A stretch of 40,125 bases of DNA, from positions 1 through 40,125 of the forward strand of contig DVEE01000345.1 in assembly GCA_015295885.1 (NCBI GenBank). Direction: 5' to 3'. The notes below the pieces were generated by a model that worked only from the letters and a program-made list of their open reading frames with translations, did no database searches and was not told where the DNA came from. The stretch's first letter is position 1; every line of letters begins with the position of its first letter. This document shows positions 29,775-40,125 of the stretch, piece by piece. This stretch comes from Leptolyngbyaceae cyanobacterium M65_K2018_010 (GTDB taxonomy: Bacteria > Cyanobacteriota > Cyanobacteriia > Phormidesmidales > Phormidesmidaceae). Made by a program: the position numbers and the translations under genes.

Positions 29775-29775
29775 C

Positions 29776-30969
29776 TCAAGGGGGTAGCGCTGGTTGGGAT
29801 CGCAACCCGGCCACCAGGGCATTGGGAATGACGGCATCATCCCAGGCCGGGGGCTCTTCCCCCAGGCGAACAATCACTAAATCGTAGGATGGGATCACGT
29901 AGACCTTTTGGTGGTGGCGGCCATCTAGATAGAAGCTGTCGGGGGCCAAAAAGGGAGCTGAGGCCGCTAAATTAACGGCGGTATACTCCTGGGTGCGGGC
30001 CTTTAGCCAGATGTGCAAGCCAAAGGTAGGCTCCAGGGGGGAGGTCATCACCATGCGGTCAATCCATGCCGAGGGAACGATCTGGCGATCTCCTAGGCGA
30101 CCCCGGTGCAACAACATTTGCCCCACCCGGACCCAGTCCTGGGCTGTGGCAAAAAAGCAGCAAAAGGGTTTGGCGCGCCCACCGGGGCGATCGAGCCAGA
30201 GGAACCCATCGGCGGCCCCCAGCGGTTGCCATAGTCGGCTGGACAGGTAGTCCCCAAAGGACTCTCCCGTGGCCGCCTCCAAGACCAGGGCGAGGATTTG
30301 GGAATTGACATTGTTGTACTCAAAGGTCTGGCCGGGCGGTTGCACCAGGGGAATCCGCAGAGCGGTCTGGGCCACCTTAGAACCGCCGTAGAGTTGGACT
30401 AAATCGGAGCCCAGGGCATCGGTGCGATCGTCATTCCTCAGTCCCGATTGCATGTAGAGCAAATCCGCCAGGGTAATCGCTCCGCGGGGATCATGGCGCC
30501 AGGCTGGTAGGTAGGTACCGACGGGATCCTCCAGGGAGTTGAGATGCCCCTCTTCTAGGGCGATGCCGACTAGCAGGGCCAGTAGGGTCTTGACCATGGA
30601 CATAGAGTTCACGGGCTGGTCGGGGCGATGACCCTGCCAGTAGCGCTCCAGGACCAGCCGATCGCGGTGTAGCACCAGCAGGGCCACTGAGTTTTGGGCC
30701 GCCGCAAAGTCGCTGGCCCGCTGCAGGGCCGCCGCTGGAATGTCCCCTGGCCCGGTTTCAGGAGGGGACGACGATGTGGGTAAAGCGCTGGGCTGCTTGA
30801 CTCCGGGTACGGGCTGTTGGGGTTGGTACCAGGCGACGGTCGTGGCGGGCCGGGCCGGATAGCTGAGGGCGCGTCGATACAGTCTCCAGTCTGGCACCGT
30901 AGCCAGTAGACCCAGGAGGCCAAAACTAACCACGGTGAGCAGGGTAGGTCTGAGATAAGCACCGGCCAT
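29776..30969 (-). CDS. Beta-lactamase-family serine hydrolase, exported or membrane-anchored
   Basis: SxxK (SMVK), LLYMQSG, PGQTFEYNN, LWQPLG, YVIPSYDLVIVRLG; N-terminal hydrophobic segment. Confidence 0.9.
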   Translation of the reverse strand: MAGAYLRPTLLTVVSFGLLGLLATVPDWRLYRRALSYPARPATTVAWYQPQQPVPGVKQPSALPTSSSPPETGPGDIPAAALQRASDFAAAQNSVALLVLHRDRLVLERYWQGHRPDQPVNSMSMVKTLLALLVGIALEEGHLNSLEDPVGTYLPAWRHDPRGAITLADLLYMQSGLRNDDRTDALGSDLVQLYGGSKVAQTALRIPLVQPPGQTFEYNNVNSQILALVLEAATGESFGDYLSSRLWQPLGAADGFLWLDRPGGRAKPFCCFFATAQDWVRVGQMLLHRGRLGDRQIVPSAWIDRMVMTSPLEPTFGLHIWLKARTQEYTAVNLAASAPFLAPDSFYLDGRHHQKVYVIPSYDLVIVRLGEEPPAWDDAVIPNALVAGLRSQPALPP

Positions 30970-31357
30970 AGCAAGCCCCTGAACAGGACTCCCCTAGGCT
31001 AGATCAAAGTCAGTTCGGCGGGGTGCCCCGTTCCCTGGGATGGATTCCTGCTCAGCCAGGGGATAGGGCTATTAACCGCGAGCCTAGCTGGGGCAAATCT
31101 ATGACAAATCTGAAGATGCTGCAAAGAACACAGACTGCCCCCCGGGTTTTTACTACATTGAGAGGGATATGGGGTCATTTAATCACGGATGTCCCTCTGT
31201 TCTCTGGCTCTCAACGGCTTCACTCTCTGCCTTTAGGCCGTCCTACAGTGATACTCTAAGGAGAAGGGCGTTTAGGCTGGCTAGGAAATCTCCTGGGTTA
31301 GCGGCGCTCGGTGTAACAGTCAGGGCCTTAGGCCTCTGTTGCCGGTCGTTGGGTTAA

Positions 31358-32602
<1,245 letters not shown>

Positions 32603-32683
32603 GACGCTCCACCATAGATGACATCCTGACATCCTATCCAGCCGGATAGATGAGCGCAGACCGCCTAGGGCGGATTAATCGGC

Positions 32684-32716
32684 AGGGGGAGGGCCCTAGG
32701 TCCTTCCCCTTGTTTA
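32684..32716 (+). terminator. Probable intrinsic terminator after petH
   Basis: GGGGGAGGGCC-CTA-GGTCCTTCCCC (11-bp stem, two G-U pairs) followed by TTGTTTA. Confidence 0.55.
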
Positions 32717-32769
32717 TGGCGATTCTCCCTTTACAATTGGGAGGTAAACGCGCGTAGGATGCTAGGGCC

Positions 32770-34092
32770 TTGGGTATTAAGGTTGGTCTATTGGGGTTGG
32801 GAACCGTAGGGGCCGGAGCGGTCAAAATCTTACTTGATCCCGCTGATCGCCACCCTTTACTCAGCCAGATCGCGATCGCAAAAATTGGGGTTCGCCAGCT
32901 TGACAAACCCCGCCCGGTTAATTTTCCCGCCGAGGTGCTCACCACAGATTTAGAGAGCCTGGTCACTGACCCTGAAATTGCCATTGTGGTGGAGGTGATG
33001 GGCGGCCTGGAACCAGCGCGATCGCTGATTCTCAAGGCCATTCACCACGGCAAACATGTGGTTACGGCCAATAAAGCCGTGATTGCTCGCTACGGCGATG
33101 AAATTTTTACCGCCGCCAATGAAGCGGGGGTTTACGTTTTATTAGAAGCGGCCGTGGGGGGCGGTATCCCGGTGATTCAACCCCTCAAGCAAGCCCTGGG
33201 GGTGAATCGCATCCAGGCGGTGACTGGCATCATCAATGGTACGACCAACTACATCCTCACCCGCATGCAGCAGGAAGGGGGCGACTTCGAGCCCATTCTG
33301 GCCGAAGCCCAGCGGTTGGGCTACGCCGAGGCTGACCCCGCGGCCGATGTGGATGGCCTGGACGCCGCCGATAAAATAGCGATTCTGGCTTCCCTGGCCT
33401 TTGGGGGTCGCATTAAGCTCTCGGAGGTCTATAGCGAGGGGATTCGGCAGGTGACGGCGGCGGATATGGCCTATGCCAGTCGCCTGGGGTTCGTGATCAA
33501 GTTACTAGCGATCGCCCGCCGTAACACCCACCCGGATTCCGAGGAGCCCCTGGACGAACTGCAACTGCGCGTGCATCCCACCCTGGTACCCCTGGCTCAC
33601 CCCTTGGCCGCGGTCAACGATGTTTACAACGCCATCCTAGTAGAGGGGGATCCCATTGGTCAGGTGATGTTCTTTGGTCCTGGGGCAGGGGAGGGCCCTA
33701 CCGCCAGTGCCGTCGTCTCGGATATTTTGAACATCGCCGCCACCCTAGTATCCGGCCAGGGTAGCGAGATTACGGCCAAAACCGCTAATCCACTACTGGC
33801 CTGTACCCATCAGCACTACTGCAAAATTAGCCCCATGGCCGATATTGTCAGCCGCTACTACCTGCGCCTGCTGGCGGAGGATCGGCCTGGGGTGATTGGC
33901 AAGCTAGGGCTCTGCTTTGGCGATCATGCGGTGAGCTTGGAATCCATTGTTCAGATTGGCCTGCGCGACAACTACGCAGAAATTGTCATCGTCAGCCACG
34001 AAGTTAAGGAAGCCCATTTCCAAACGGCCCTGGACGATCTGCGCGGTTTTCCAGAAATTCATAGTGTGGCCAGTGTGTTGAGGGTTCTGTAG
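32770..34092 (+). CDS. hom: Homoserine dehydrogenase with ACT domain
   Basis: GLLGLGTVGAG, HVVTANKA, EAAVGGGIP, GIINGTTNYIL, GYAEADP, GPGAGEGPTASAV, DRPGVIG. Confidence 0.97.
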   Translation: MGIKVGLLGLGTVGAGAVKILLDPADRHPLLSQIAIAKIGVRQLDKPRPVNFPAEVLTTDLESLVTDPEIAIVVEVMGGLEPARSLILKAIHHGKHVVTANKAVIARYGDEIFTAANEAGVYVLLEAAVGGGIPVIQPLKQALGVNRIQAVTGIINGTTNYILTRMQQEGGDFEPILAEAQRLGYAEADPAADVDGLDAADKIAILASLAFGGRIKLSEVYSEGIRQVTAADMAYASRLGFVIKLLAIARRNTHPDSEEPLDELQLRVHPTLVPLAHPLAAVNDVYNAILVEGDPIGQVMFFGPGAGEGPTASAVVSDILNIAATLVSGQGSEITAKTANPLLACTHQHYCKISPMADIVSRYYLRLLAEDRPGVIGKLGLCFGDHAVSLESIVQIGLRDNYAEIVIVSHEVKEAHFQTALDDLRGFPEIHSVASVLRVL

Positions 34093-34224
34093 AACTGCGG
34101 GGGCGGTGGGTGCAGTCAGGGATAACTGGCCGTAGGATTCGGGAAGTATGCGGTTAGAGTAGTAAGGACTTGGCGGAGTGAATCCTCCGGGTACAGGTCT
34201 GGTCATGGTTAGGTGGGAATCCCT

Positions 34225-36765
34225 ATGGCGACGCCGTCCGATCGCAATCTACTGACCACACTGTCTTTGATGAACCAGCACAGTTCCCTGCTGCATCGGG
34301 TGCGCGATTTACCGACCCCTCAGTTTATTGAGCTGCTCGACAAAATTACCGAGGAGTTCGAGCACTTTTTGCGGGCCATCGACCTGATCAACAACGAGTC
34401 GTTGGAGATCATGCTGGAGCAACTGCTAGAAGCCTTTACCTTGAAAATTGGCCAGATTCTGCAGGCCGATCGCACCACCATTTTTATGGTGGACCCCGAG
34501 AAGCAGGAGCTCTGGTCTAAGATCGCCCAGGCCGAAGGCGAGCGATCGCTGGAAATTCGAGTGCCCATGGGCAAGGGTATCTCCGGCTATGTCGCCACCC
34601 ACCTCACCCCCCTCAACATTGCCGACGCCTACGCCGACGATCGCTTTGACCCCACCTACGACCAGCGCACGGGTTACCGCACCACCAGCATTCTCTGCCT
34701 ACCGGTGTTGAGCAAGAAAACCGGCAACCTGGTGGCGGTGGTGCAACTGCTGAACAAGCTCAACCAGGGGCCCTTCAACGGGGAGGATGAACGGCGCTTT
34801 AGGGAGTTTGCCGAAGCCCTGGGGGTAATTCTGGAAAGCTGTAACTCCTTCTACGTGGCGGCCCGCAATCAAAAGGGGGTCTCGGCCTTACTGAAGGCGA
34901 TTTCCTCCCTAGAGCAGAGTTTGGATCTGGAAAAAACCCTGCAATCGGTGATGGAAGAAGCCCGCCTGCTGATGCAGGCCGATCGCAGCACCCTCTGGCT
35001 GATTGACGAAGAGCGCGGCGAGCTATGGTCGAAGGTGAAATCCGGCGATGGCCGGTCCCTGGTAGAGCTGCGAATGCCCAGCACTAGCGGCATTGTGGGC
35101 CATGTCGCTAGCACCGGTGAGGGCCTGAATATTCCCGATGTTTCCCGGGATCCCCGCTTCAACCCCGATGCGGATCGGCGCACCGGCTACCAAACCCGCA
35201 ATATTCTCTGTATGCCGGTGTTTGATTCCGCTGGCAGGCTGATCGCCGTCACCCAGCTGATCAACAAGGCCCAGGGCTCCTTTACCAGTTCCGACGAAGC
35301 CTTTATGCGGGCTTTTAACATTCAGGCCGGCGTTGCCCTGGAAAACGCCAAGCTGTTTGAAAGCGTGCTGGTGGAAAAGCAATACCAGAAAGATATTCTC
35401 CAAAGCCTTTCAGATGCCGTAGTTTCCACGGATTTGGAGGGCCGCATTGTCACCATCAACGATGCCGCCCTGGGGCTGCTGGGGTGTCCCACTGCCGACG
35501 ATCCCGACCGCAGCCAGCGCGATCGCTGGCTCTCCGCCCTCATCCATCGCCCAGTTTGGGAGATCCTGGCGATCGAAAACCTTCGCGATCGCCTGCAAGA
35601 TAGCCTCACCCACGGTGCCCATCACTACGTACCGGAACAAACCCTGCGGGTGGCGATTCGACCGGCCCAGGTCTATCCTGATCCCCTGGGCGCTCAGCTA
35701 GCTCTGCCAGACCCCAACCATCCCCCCTTTTATCGGCTTTGGGGGGATCCCAACGGGCCCAGGTTGACGCCGGACCAGTTGCAATACCAGGAACGCAGCC
35801 TAAATTTGACCGTTAACCCCCTGACCAACCCCGAAGGCGGGGTGCTGGGCGGTCTACTGGTGTTGGAGGACATTAGCCAGGAAAAGCGGATGAAAAGTAC
35901 CCTCTACCGCTACATGACCCCCGGGGTGGCTGAGCGAGTCATGGCCCTGGGGGATGACCTGCTCATGAAGGGAGAGCGTAAGGAGGTTACGGTGCTGTTT
36001 TCGGATATTCGGGGCTACACCTCCCTGACCGAGAACCTGGAAGCCGACAAAGTTGTAGATCTGCTCAACGCCTACTTTGAAACCATGGTGGAAGCGGTGT
36101 TCAACTACGAGGGCACCCTCGACAAGTTCATTGGCGATGCCCTGATGGCTGTCTTTGGCGCTCCCCTACCCCTCAGCAACCATGCCTGGGCCGCGGTGCA
36201 GAGCGCCCTGGATATGCGCCAGCGGTTGGCCCAATTTAATACCGAGCGCCGTCAGTTAGGACAACCGGAAATTCGCATCGGCATTGGCCTTAGCTCGGGG
36301 GAAGTGGTGTCAGGCAACATTGGCTCCCAACGCAAGATGGAATACACCGTGATTGGTGATGGGGTGAATCTCAGCTCTCGCCTGGAGGGAGTCACCAAGG
36401 AGTACGGCTGCGACATTGTGATTAGCGAATATACCTACGCCCTTTGTCAGGACAAGATCTGGGCGCGGGAGTTAGATCGCATTCAGGTGAAGGGCAAGCG
36501 ACAGCCAGTCAATCTCTATGAGCTGATCGATAGACGGGAAACCCCCCTCGATGCCGCTACCCAAACTTTCCTAGATTGCTATGCCAAGGCTCGCCAGGCG
36601 TACATCGCCATGGACTTTGCCGCCGCCTTGCAATTTTTCCAACAGGCCCAGGCTCTCCGCCCTAGGGATCAGGCCGTCGCGGTTCATATCCAGCGGAGTC
36701 AGCAGTACTTGGCTCACACCCCGCCCCCCGACTGGAATGGGGTACATGTGATGGCTACGAAATAA
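34225..36765 (+). CDS. cyaB1: Class III adenylate cyclase, GAF-GAF-PAS-cyclase-TPR (CyaB1-like)
   Basis: Two GAFs with NKxxxxF..DE motifs, PAS (SDAVVSTDLEGRIVTIN), VLFSDIRGYT, LDKFIGDALMAVFG, EYTVIGDGVNLSSRLEG, TPR tail. Start ATG 34225 or GTG 34213. Confidence 0.9.
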   Translation: MATPSDRNLLTTLSLMNQHSSLLHRVRDLPTPQFIELLDKITEEFEHFLRAIDLINNESLEIMLEQLLEAFTLKIGQILQADRTTIFMVDPEKQELWSKIAQAEGERSLEIRVPMGKGISGYVATHLTPLNIADAYADDRFDPTYDQRTGYRTTSILCLPVLSKKTGNLVAVVQLLNKLNQGPFNGEDERRFREFAEALGVILESCNSFYVAARNQKGVSALLKAISSLEQSLDLEKTLQSVMEEARLLMQADRSTLWLIDEERGELWSKVKSGDGRSLVELRMPSTSGIVGHVASTGEGLNIPDVSRDPRFNPDADRRTGYQTRNILCMPVFDSAGRLIAVTQLINKAQGSFTSSDEAFMRAFNIQAGVALENAKLFESVLVEKQYQKDILQSLSDAVVSTDLEGRIVTINDAALGLLGCPTADDPDRSQRDRWLSALIHRPVWEILAIENLRDRLQDSLTHGAHHYVPEQTLRVAIRPAQVYPDPLGAQLALPDPNHPPFYRLWGDPNGPRLTPDQLQYQERSLNLTVNPLTNPEGGVLGGLLVLEDISQEKRMKSTLYRYMTPGVAERVMALGDDLLMKGERKEVTVLFSDIRGYTSLTENLEADKVVDLLNAYFETMVEAVFNYEGTLDKFIGDALMAVFGAPLPLSNHAWAAVQSALDMRQRLAQFNTERRQLGQPEIRIGIGLSSGEVVSGNIGSQRKMEYTVIGDGVNLSSRLEGVTKEYGCDIVISEYTYALCQDKIWARELDRIQVKGKRQPVNLYELIDRRETPLDAATQTFLDCYAKARQAYIAMDFAAALQFFQQAQALRPRDQAVAVHIQRSQQYLAHTPPPDWNGVHVMATK

Positions 36766-36932
36766 AATTTTTCATGGCGATTCCCTACCCATTACCTTCG
36801 CCACTTAAAAAAATCGCCAGAATAATAGTACCGAGCCCTGGGTCAGGTGCTCTGGCCTGGCGACGATAGGGTGGGCCTGTCCATGGTCGCCCGGTTCAGC
36901 AATCATACTTGATGAGTGAGATCCTGTGGTCT

Positions 36933-39900
36933 ATGGCCGTAGATCAAGATCGGAATCCAACCGACCCGGTGCCTCCATCGGGTTGGGGTAGCCTGGGGCG
37001 ATGGGGCAAGGCCATCGCCATCGGCGGTGGCGCTGTGGTGCTGGCTGGCCTGGTGGCAGGGTGGTGGGGCTATAGCCTGCTGCGACGGGAGTTACCCCAG
37101 TTTTTGCAAGACAACTTGAGCGTGGCCCTGGGTCGCCCCATCAAAGTAGGGGAGTTTGAGCGGTTTAGCCCAACCGGCGTACGGCTAGGCCCCTCGATTG
37201 TGCCCCCCACCGAAGATAACTTTTCCTGGGTGAAGGCTAGGGCCCTAGAGGTCAACTTTAACCCCCTGGAGCTGATATGGACCCGCACCCTCCGACCTAG
37301 CCTGGTGTTTATTGAGCCGCAAATGGCTGTTAAGCAGGGGTTCGATGGGGATTGGCGAGTCCTCCCACCTGGATCCATTGGTCAGCGGGGTTGGATTAAA
37401 ACGGAACTACGCAGCCTGCAAATTCGCAATGCCGCCCTGGCCATTGGCCCCATTTCCCGATCCTCCATTGTGGAATTACCCCCAGGGGTAACCAGTGCCA
37501 CCCTAATTTTGTTAGAAAACGTCAACCTGCGCCTGCGCTTTAGCGGCACAAATAATCAAACGGCAACCCTGATTGTGGGTGGACGCCTGAACCAGGGGAG
37601 CTTTCAGGCTCGGGGCGAGGGCCAACTCGATACCCTGCAAACCAACCTGGCAATTCAGGCCCAGCAAATTCCCATTGAGTCGGTCAACCCCCTGTTTGGC
37701 GGCGGCTTCTTTGTCCGCGAGGGCTTGTTGTCGGCTAACTTGGACCTGAAGGTGCGGCCCCGGGCCCCTGAGCCTCTCACCGTTACCGGTACCGCCCGGC
37801 TGCGCAATGGCGATATCGTGATTACCGACCTGCCCGCTCCCCTGCAGGAGATCAACGGCACCCTGATTGCCACCGGCCTCGGTGGGCGGCTGGAGCATAG
37901 CTCCCTTAAATTGGGGCCAATTTTAGCCAGGGCCGAAGGGACCATTGACCTGCGCCAGGGAAACAACCTTTTCATTACGTTGCCCGATGTCAGCCTGGCC
38001 CAGGTTGAAGCCGTTCTAGGGCAACCCCTACCCCTAGAAGCCGTCGGCCGTTTTCGGGTTGAAACCCAGGTCACCGGTGCCCTAGATAACCCCCAGCTTA
38101 CTGGCCGTTTGGATGCCCTGGATCAGGTCAGGGTAGATCGCCTCGGCCTGGACGCCATTCAGGCCCAGTTCACCGCTAATTTGGGCGGCTTTACCCTAAC
38201 CCAGGCCATGGTTCGCCCGGCCCCGGGGGGCACCCTGACAGCCCAGGGCACCGCGGATTTTAACCGCGCCGATTGGCGCCGCCCTAGCCTCAGCTTTGCG
38301 GTCCAGACGGATTTACCCCTGGATAGCCTGGCCCAATTGTACGAGGTGCCGATTCCCAACCCCATTCAATTAGGACCGCTGTTGGCCGAGGCCCAGATTA
38401 CTGGCTACCCGAACGATCTGCGGGGGCGAGTCGATTGGCGCCTACCCCAAGCGACGTTTCCGGGGCAGGGCCAAGTCACCTATGCCCAGGGGGTCATACA
38501 AGCCCCCAAGGCTCTATTTCAGGTGGGGGAAGGCCGCTTGCAAGCCCAAGCTGAAGTCAATTTGAACAATCTGAATTGGCAAGCCCATGGGGTGGGGGCG
38601 GATCTCTCCCTGGGGCTCCTATCCCCCCAACTGCGGGGCAGGCTAGATACCGATGTGCGGGTCTCGGGCAATCTGCGGCATCTAACCCCGGCAGCTATGG
38701 GGGCTACTGGTCAGATTCAGTTATCGCAGGCGATTCCCCTGCATCGAGAAGGGGTTGACCGCCTCCTACCCGGTCCTCTCCAGGCCCGCTTTATCTGGAA
38801 TGGCCAACGCCTGGAAGTACCCGAGGCCAGCGCGCCTAACTTCTATGCCAGGGGCGGGGCAGATATCACCTTTGCCGCCGGGGGTGGCCGACCGACCATT
38901 TCCGGCATGGATTTTACTACCCGCTTCACCCACCTGAACCTGGCCGTCGCCTACGCCCTACTGGATGGCCCGACTTGGTTACGTCCCCAGGGCTATGTAG
39001 ATTTTGACGGTACCCTGCGAGGGTTCCTGGGCAATCCACAAATTGCTGGTATCGCCGGGCTGCGCCAGTTTTCGATCAACGACCTGGCCTGGTTTGAGGA
39101 AGTGTCTGGGCCGATTCGAGCTTCCCTAACAGAGGGCGCCCAACTGAGCCTATTGGGTGCCGGGAACGAAATCTCTGCGGACATTGACCCCAGCCTGCGG
39201 CCCAATACCTTTCGCCTCTCCAATGGCGAATTCCTGGTGACTGGACAGCGACAGGGCAGCATTCTGGAGGCCGAAGTGCGTCACTTTGATCTCGGCCGTT
39301 TAGCGATTCGCCCCTTTGAAAGCCCTGATATAGGGCTGAATTTAGGGACTCTGTCGGGCTTGCTCCATGCCACCGCCCAAATTGACTTAAGTGAGTTGTT
39401 CAATCCAGCGATCGCCGCTGACTTAGTCGTAGATCGGCCTGGGCTAGGGGTGATCACCGCCGACCGCCTCACCGGTCAACTCCACTACCGGGAGGGTCTG
39501 GTCCTATTGACCGGCGGTAACTTGCAACTCACCCCAAACACGCGATTTCTGATCACAGGCCAGGGGCGACTGTTCCCAGAATGGCAGGTGAGCGCGGCAA
39601 TCTCCACCCCCCAGGCGGACTTTCAAGATATCCTCCACACCCTCAGACTCTACAGCTACGCGGACTTTGGCCGTCTGTTGAGACCCCCCACTCCCGGTTC
39701 CGGAGCGGATCTGGCGGTCACCCCGGTGGGCATGCCCGAGGCTGCGCTGCTAGACCAGGCCAGCCTGGCCAGAGCCCTCGATGCCAGGGTAATCAGGGAG
39801 AAAAATCGAGAATTGCGGCGGGGTTTAGGGCAGATGGTTGACCAGCAGCAGGCCAGGGCTCTGCTACCCAGCCTTGATCAGCTGGAGGGGCAGGTGTCCG

Positions 39901-40125
39901 GTCGCCTAGGGGTGGCGGTTGACCCGCGAGCAGGGCTAAGCGCTGATTTTGAGTTCTCCGGGCAAAACTGGGCCTGGGGCCGCTACGACTTTGACAACCA
40001 GTTCCTGGCCCGGGGAGAGGTGCATCATCAAACCCTAGTTCTCGATCCCGTGGAGTTCTGTGCCGGCGCTACCCGGCTCAGTTTGGTCGGCCAGGTCTCT
40101 GCCCAGGACTCTAACCTGACCATTC
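36933..40125 (+). CDS. TamB/AsmA-like (TIC236-like) large envelope protein, 3'-partial
   Basis: Absent from the ORF track because it runs off the window. Manual translation: MAVDQDRNPTDPVPPSGWGSLGRWGKAIAIGGGAVVLAGLVAGWWGYSLLRRELPQFLQDNLSVALGRPIKVGEFERFSPTGVRLG..., one TM anchor then Gly/Leu-rich beta repeats. I did not check every codon to the edge. Confidence 0.82.
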   Translation, partial: MAVDQDRNPTDPVPPSGWGSLGRWGKAIAIGGGAVVLAGLVAGWWGYSLLRRELPQFLQDNLSVALGRPIKVGEFERFSPTGVRLGPSIVPPTEDNFSWVKARALEVNFNPLELIWTRTLRPSLVFIEPQMAVKQGFDGDWRVLPPGSIGQRGWIKTELRSLQIRNAALAIGPISRSSIVELPPGVTSATLILLENVNLRLRFSGTNNQTATLIVGGRLNQGSFQARGEGQLDTLQTNLAIQAQQIPIESVNPLFGGGFFVREGLLSANLDLKVRPRAPEPLTVTGTARLRNGDIVITDLPAPLQEINGTLIATGLGGRLEHSSLKLGPILARAEGTIDLRQGNNLFITLPDVSLAQVEAVLGQPLPLEAVGRFRVETQVTGALDNPQLTGRLDALDQVRVDRLGLDAIQAQFTANLGGFTLTQAMVRPAPGGTLTAQGTADFNRADWRRPSLSFAVQTDLPLDSLAQLYEVPIPNPIQLGPLLAEAQITGYPNDLRGRVDWRLPQATFPGQGQVTYAQGVIQAPKALFQVGEGRLQAQAEVNLNNLNWQAHGVGADLSLGLLSPQLRGRLDTDVRVSGNLRHLTPAAMGATGQIQLSQAIPLHREGVDRLLPGPLQARFIWNGQRLEVPEASAPNFYARGGADITFAAGGGRPTISGMDFTTRFTHLNLAVAYALLDGPTWLRPQGYVDFDGTLRGFLGNPQIAGIAGLRQFSINDLAWFEEVSGPIRASLTEGAQLSLLGAGNEISADIDPSLRPNTFRLSNGEFLVTGQRQGSILEAEVRHFDLGRLAIRPFESPDIGLNLGTLSGLLHATAQIDLSELFNPAIAADLVVDRPGLGVITADRLTGQLHYREGLVLLTGGNLQLTPNTRFLITGQGRLFPEWQVSAAISTPQADFQDILHTLRLYSYADFGRLLRPPTPGSGADLAVTPVGMPEAALLDQASLARALDARVIREKNRELRRGLGQMVDQQQARALLPSLDQLEGQVSGRLGVAVDPRAGLSADFEFSGQNWAWGRYDFDNQFLARGEVHHQTLVLDPVEFCAGATRLSLVGQVSAQDSNLTI

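Noticed and set aside
29776-30969. Antibiotic-resistance beta-lactamase
   Set aside because: SxxK and YxN are shared with esterases and amidases; the KTG triad is replaced by LDG and there is no mobile context.
36826-36842. TAGTAC half-site upstream of the TamB-like gene as a LexA box
   Set aside because: The second half-site (GTWC) is absent.
37070-39841. Short track ORFs in the last 3 kb
   Set aside because: They overlap the long plus-strand TamB-like gene that the track missed because it has no stop in the window.

Overview
About 39.4 kb of ordinary chromosome from a moderately GC-rich cyanobacterium (roughly two dozen HIP1 GCGATCGC sites counted by eye; petH with a CpcD domain; a HetZ-related gene). 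It is joined at about 674-685 to a ~0.68 kb, markedly higher-GC fragment encoding part of a TPR protein, most likely a chimeric assembly end. Genes in order: truncated hypothetical, larC, YciO/Sua5 family, HetZ-related, OmpR-type regulator, exbD/exbB, lpxB-lpxA-fabZ-lpxC-bamA-purC, extended recJ, metallophosphoesterase, MerR regulator, short HmpF-like protein, SIMPL protein, small membrane-anchored protein, photolyase/cryptochrome-family gene, DUF218 protein, mgtE, PlsY-like/dikinase fusion, serine hydrolase, petH, hom, CyaB1-type adenylate cyclase, and a partial TamB-like gene. I saw no rRNA, tRNA, CRISPR array, transposase or phage gene. Best leads: (1) a candidate SOS module with a perfect cyanobacterial LexA box between a membrane-anchored unknown and an atypical photolyase ending in a beta-clamp motif; (2) a second, near-consensus LexA box before a RecJ with a degenerate HEPN-like tail; (3) a membrane PlsY-like domain fused to an RPH/PigC-type dikinase of unknown substrate. 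All family calls come from recalled motifs, not database searches, so novelty is unverified.
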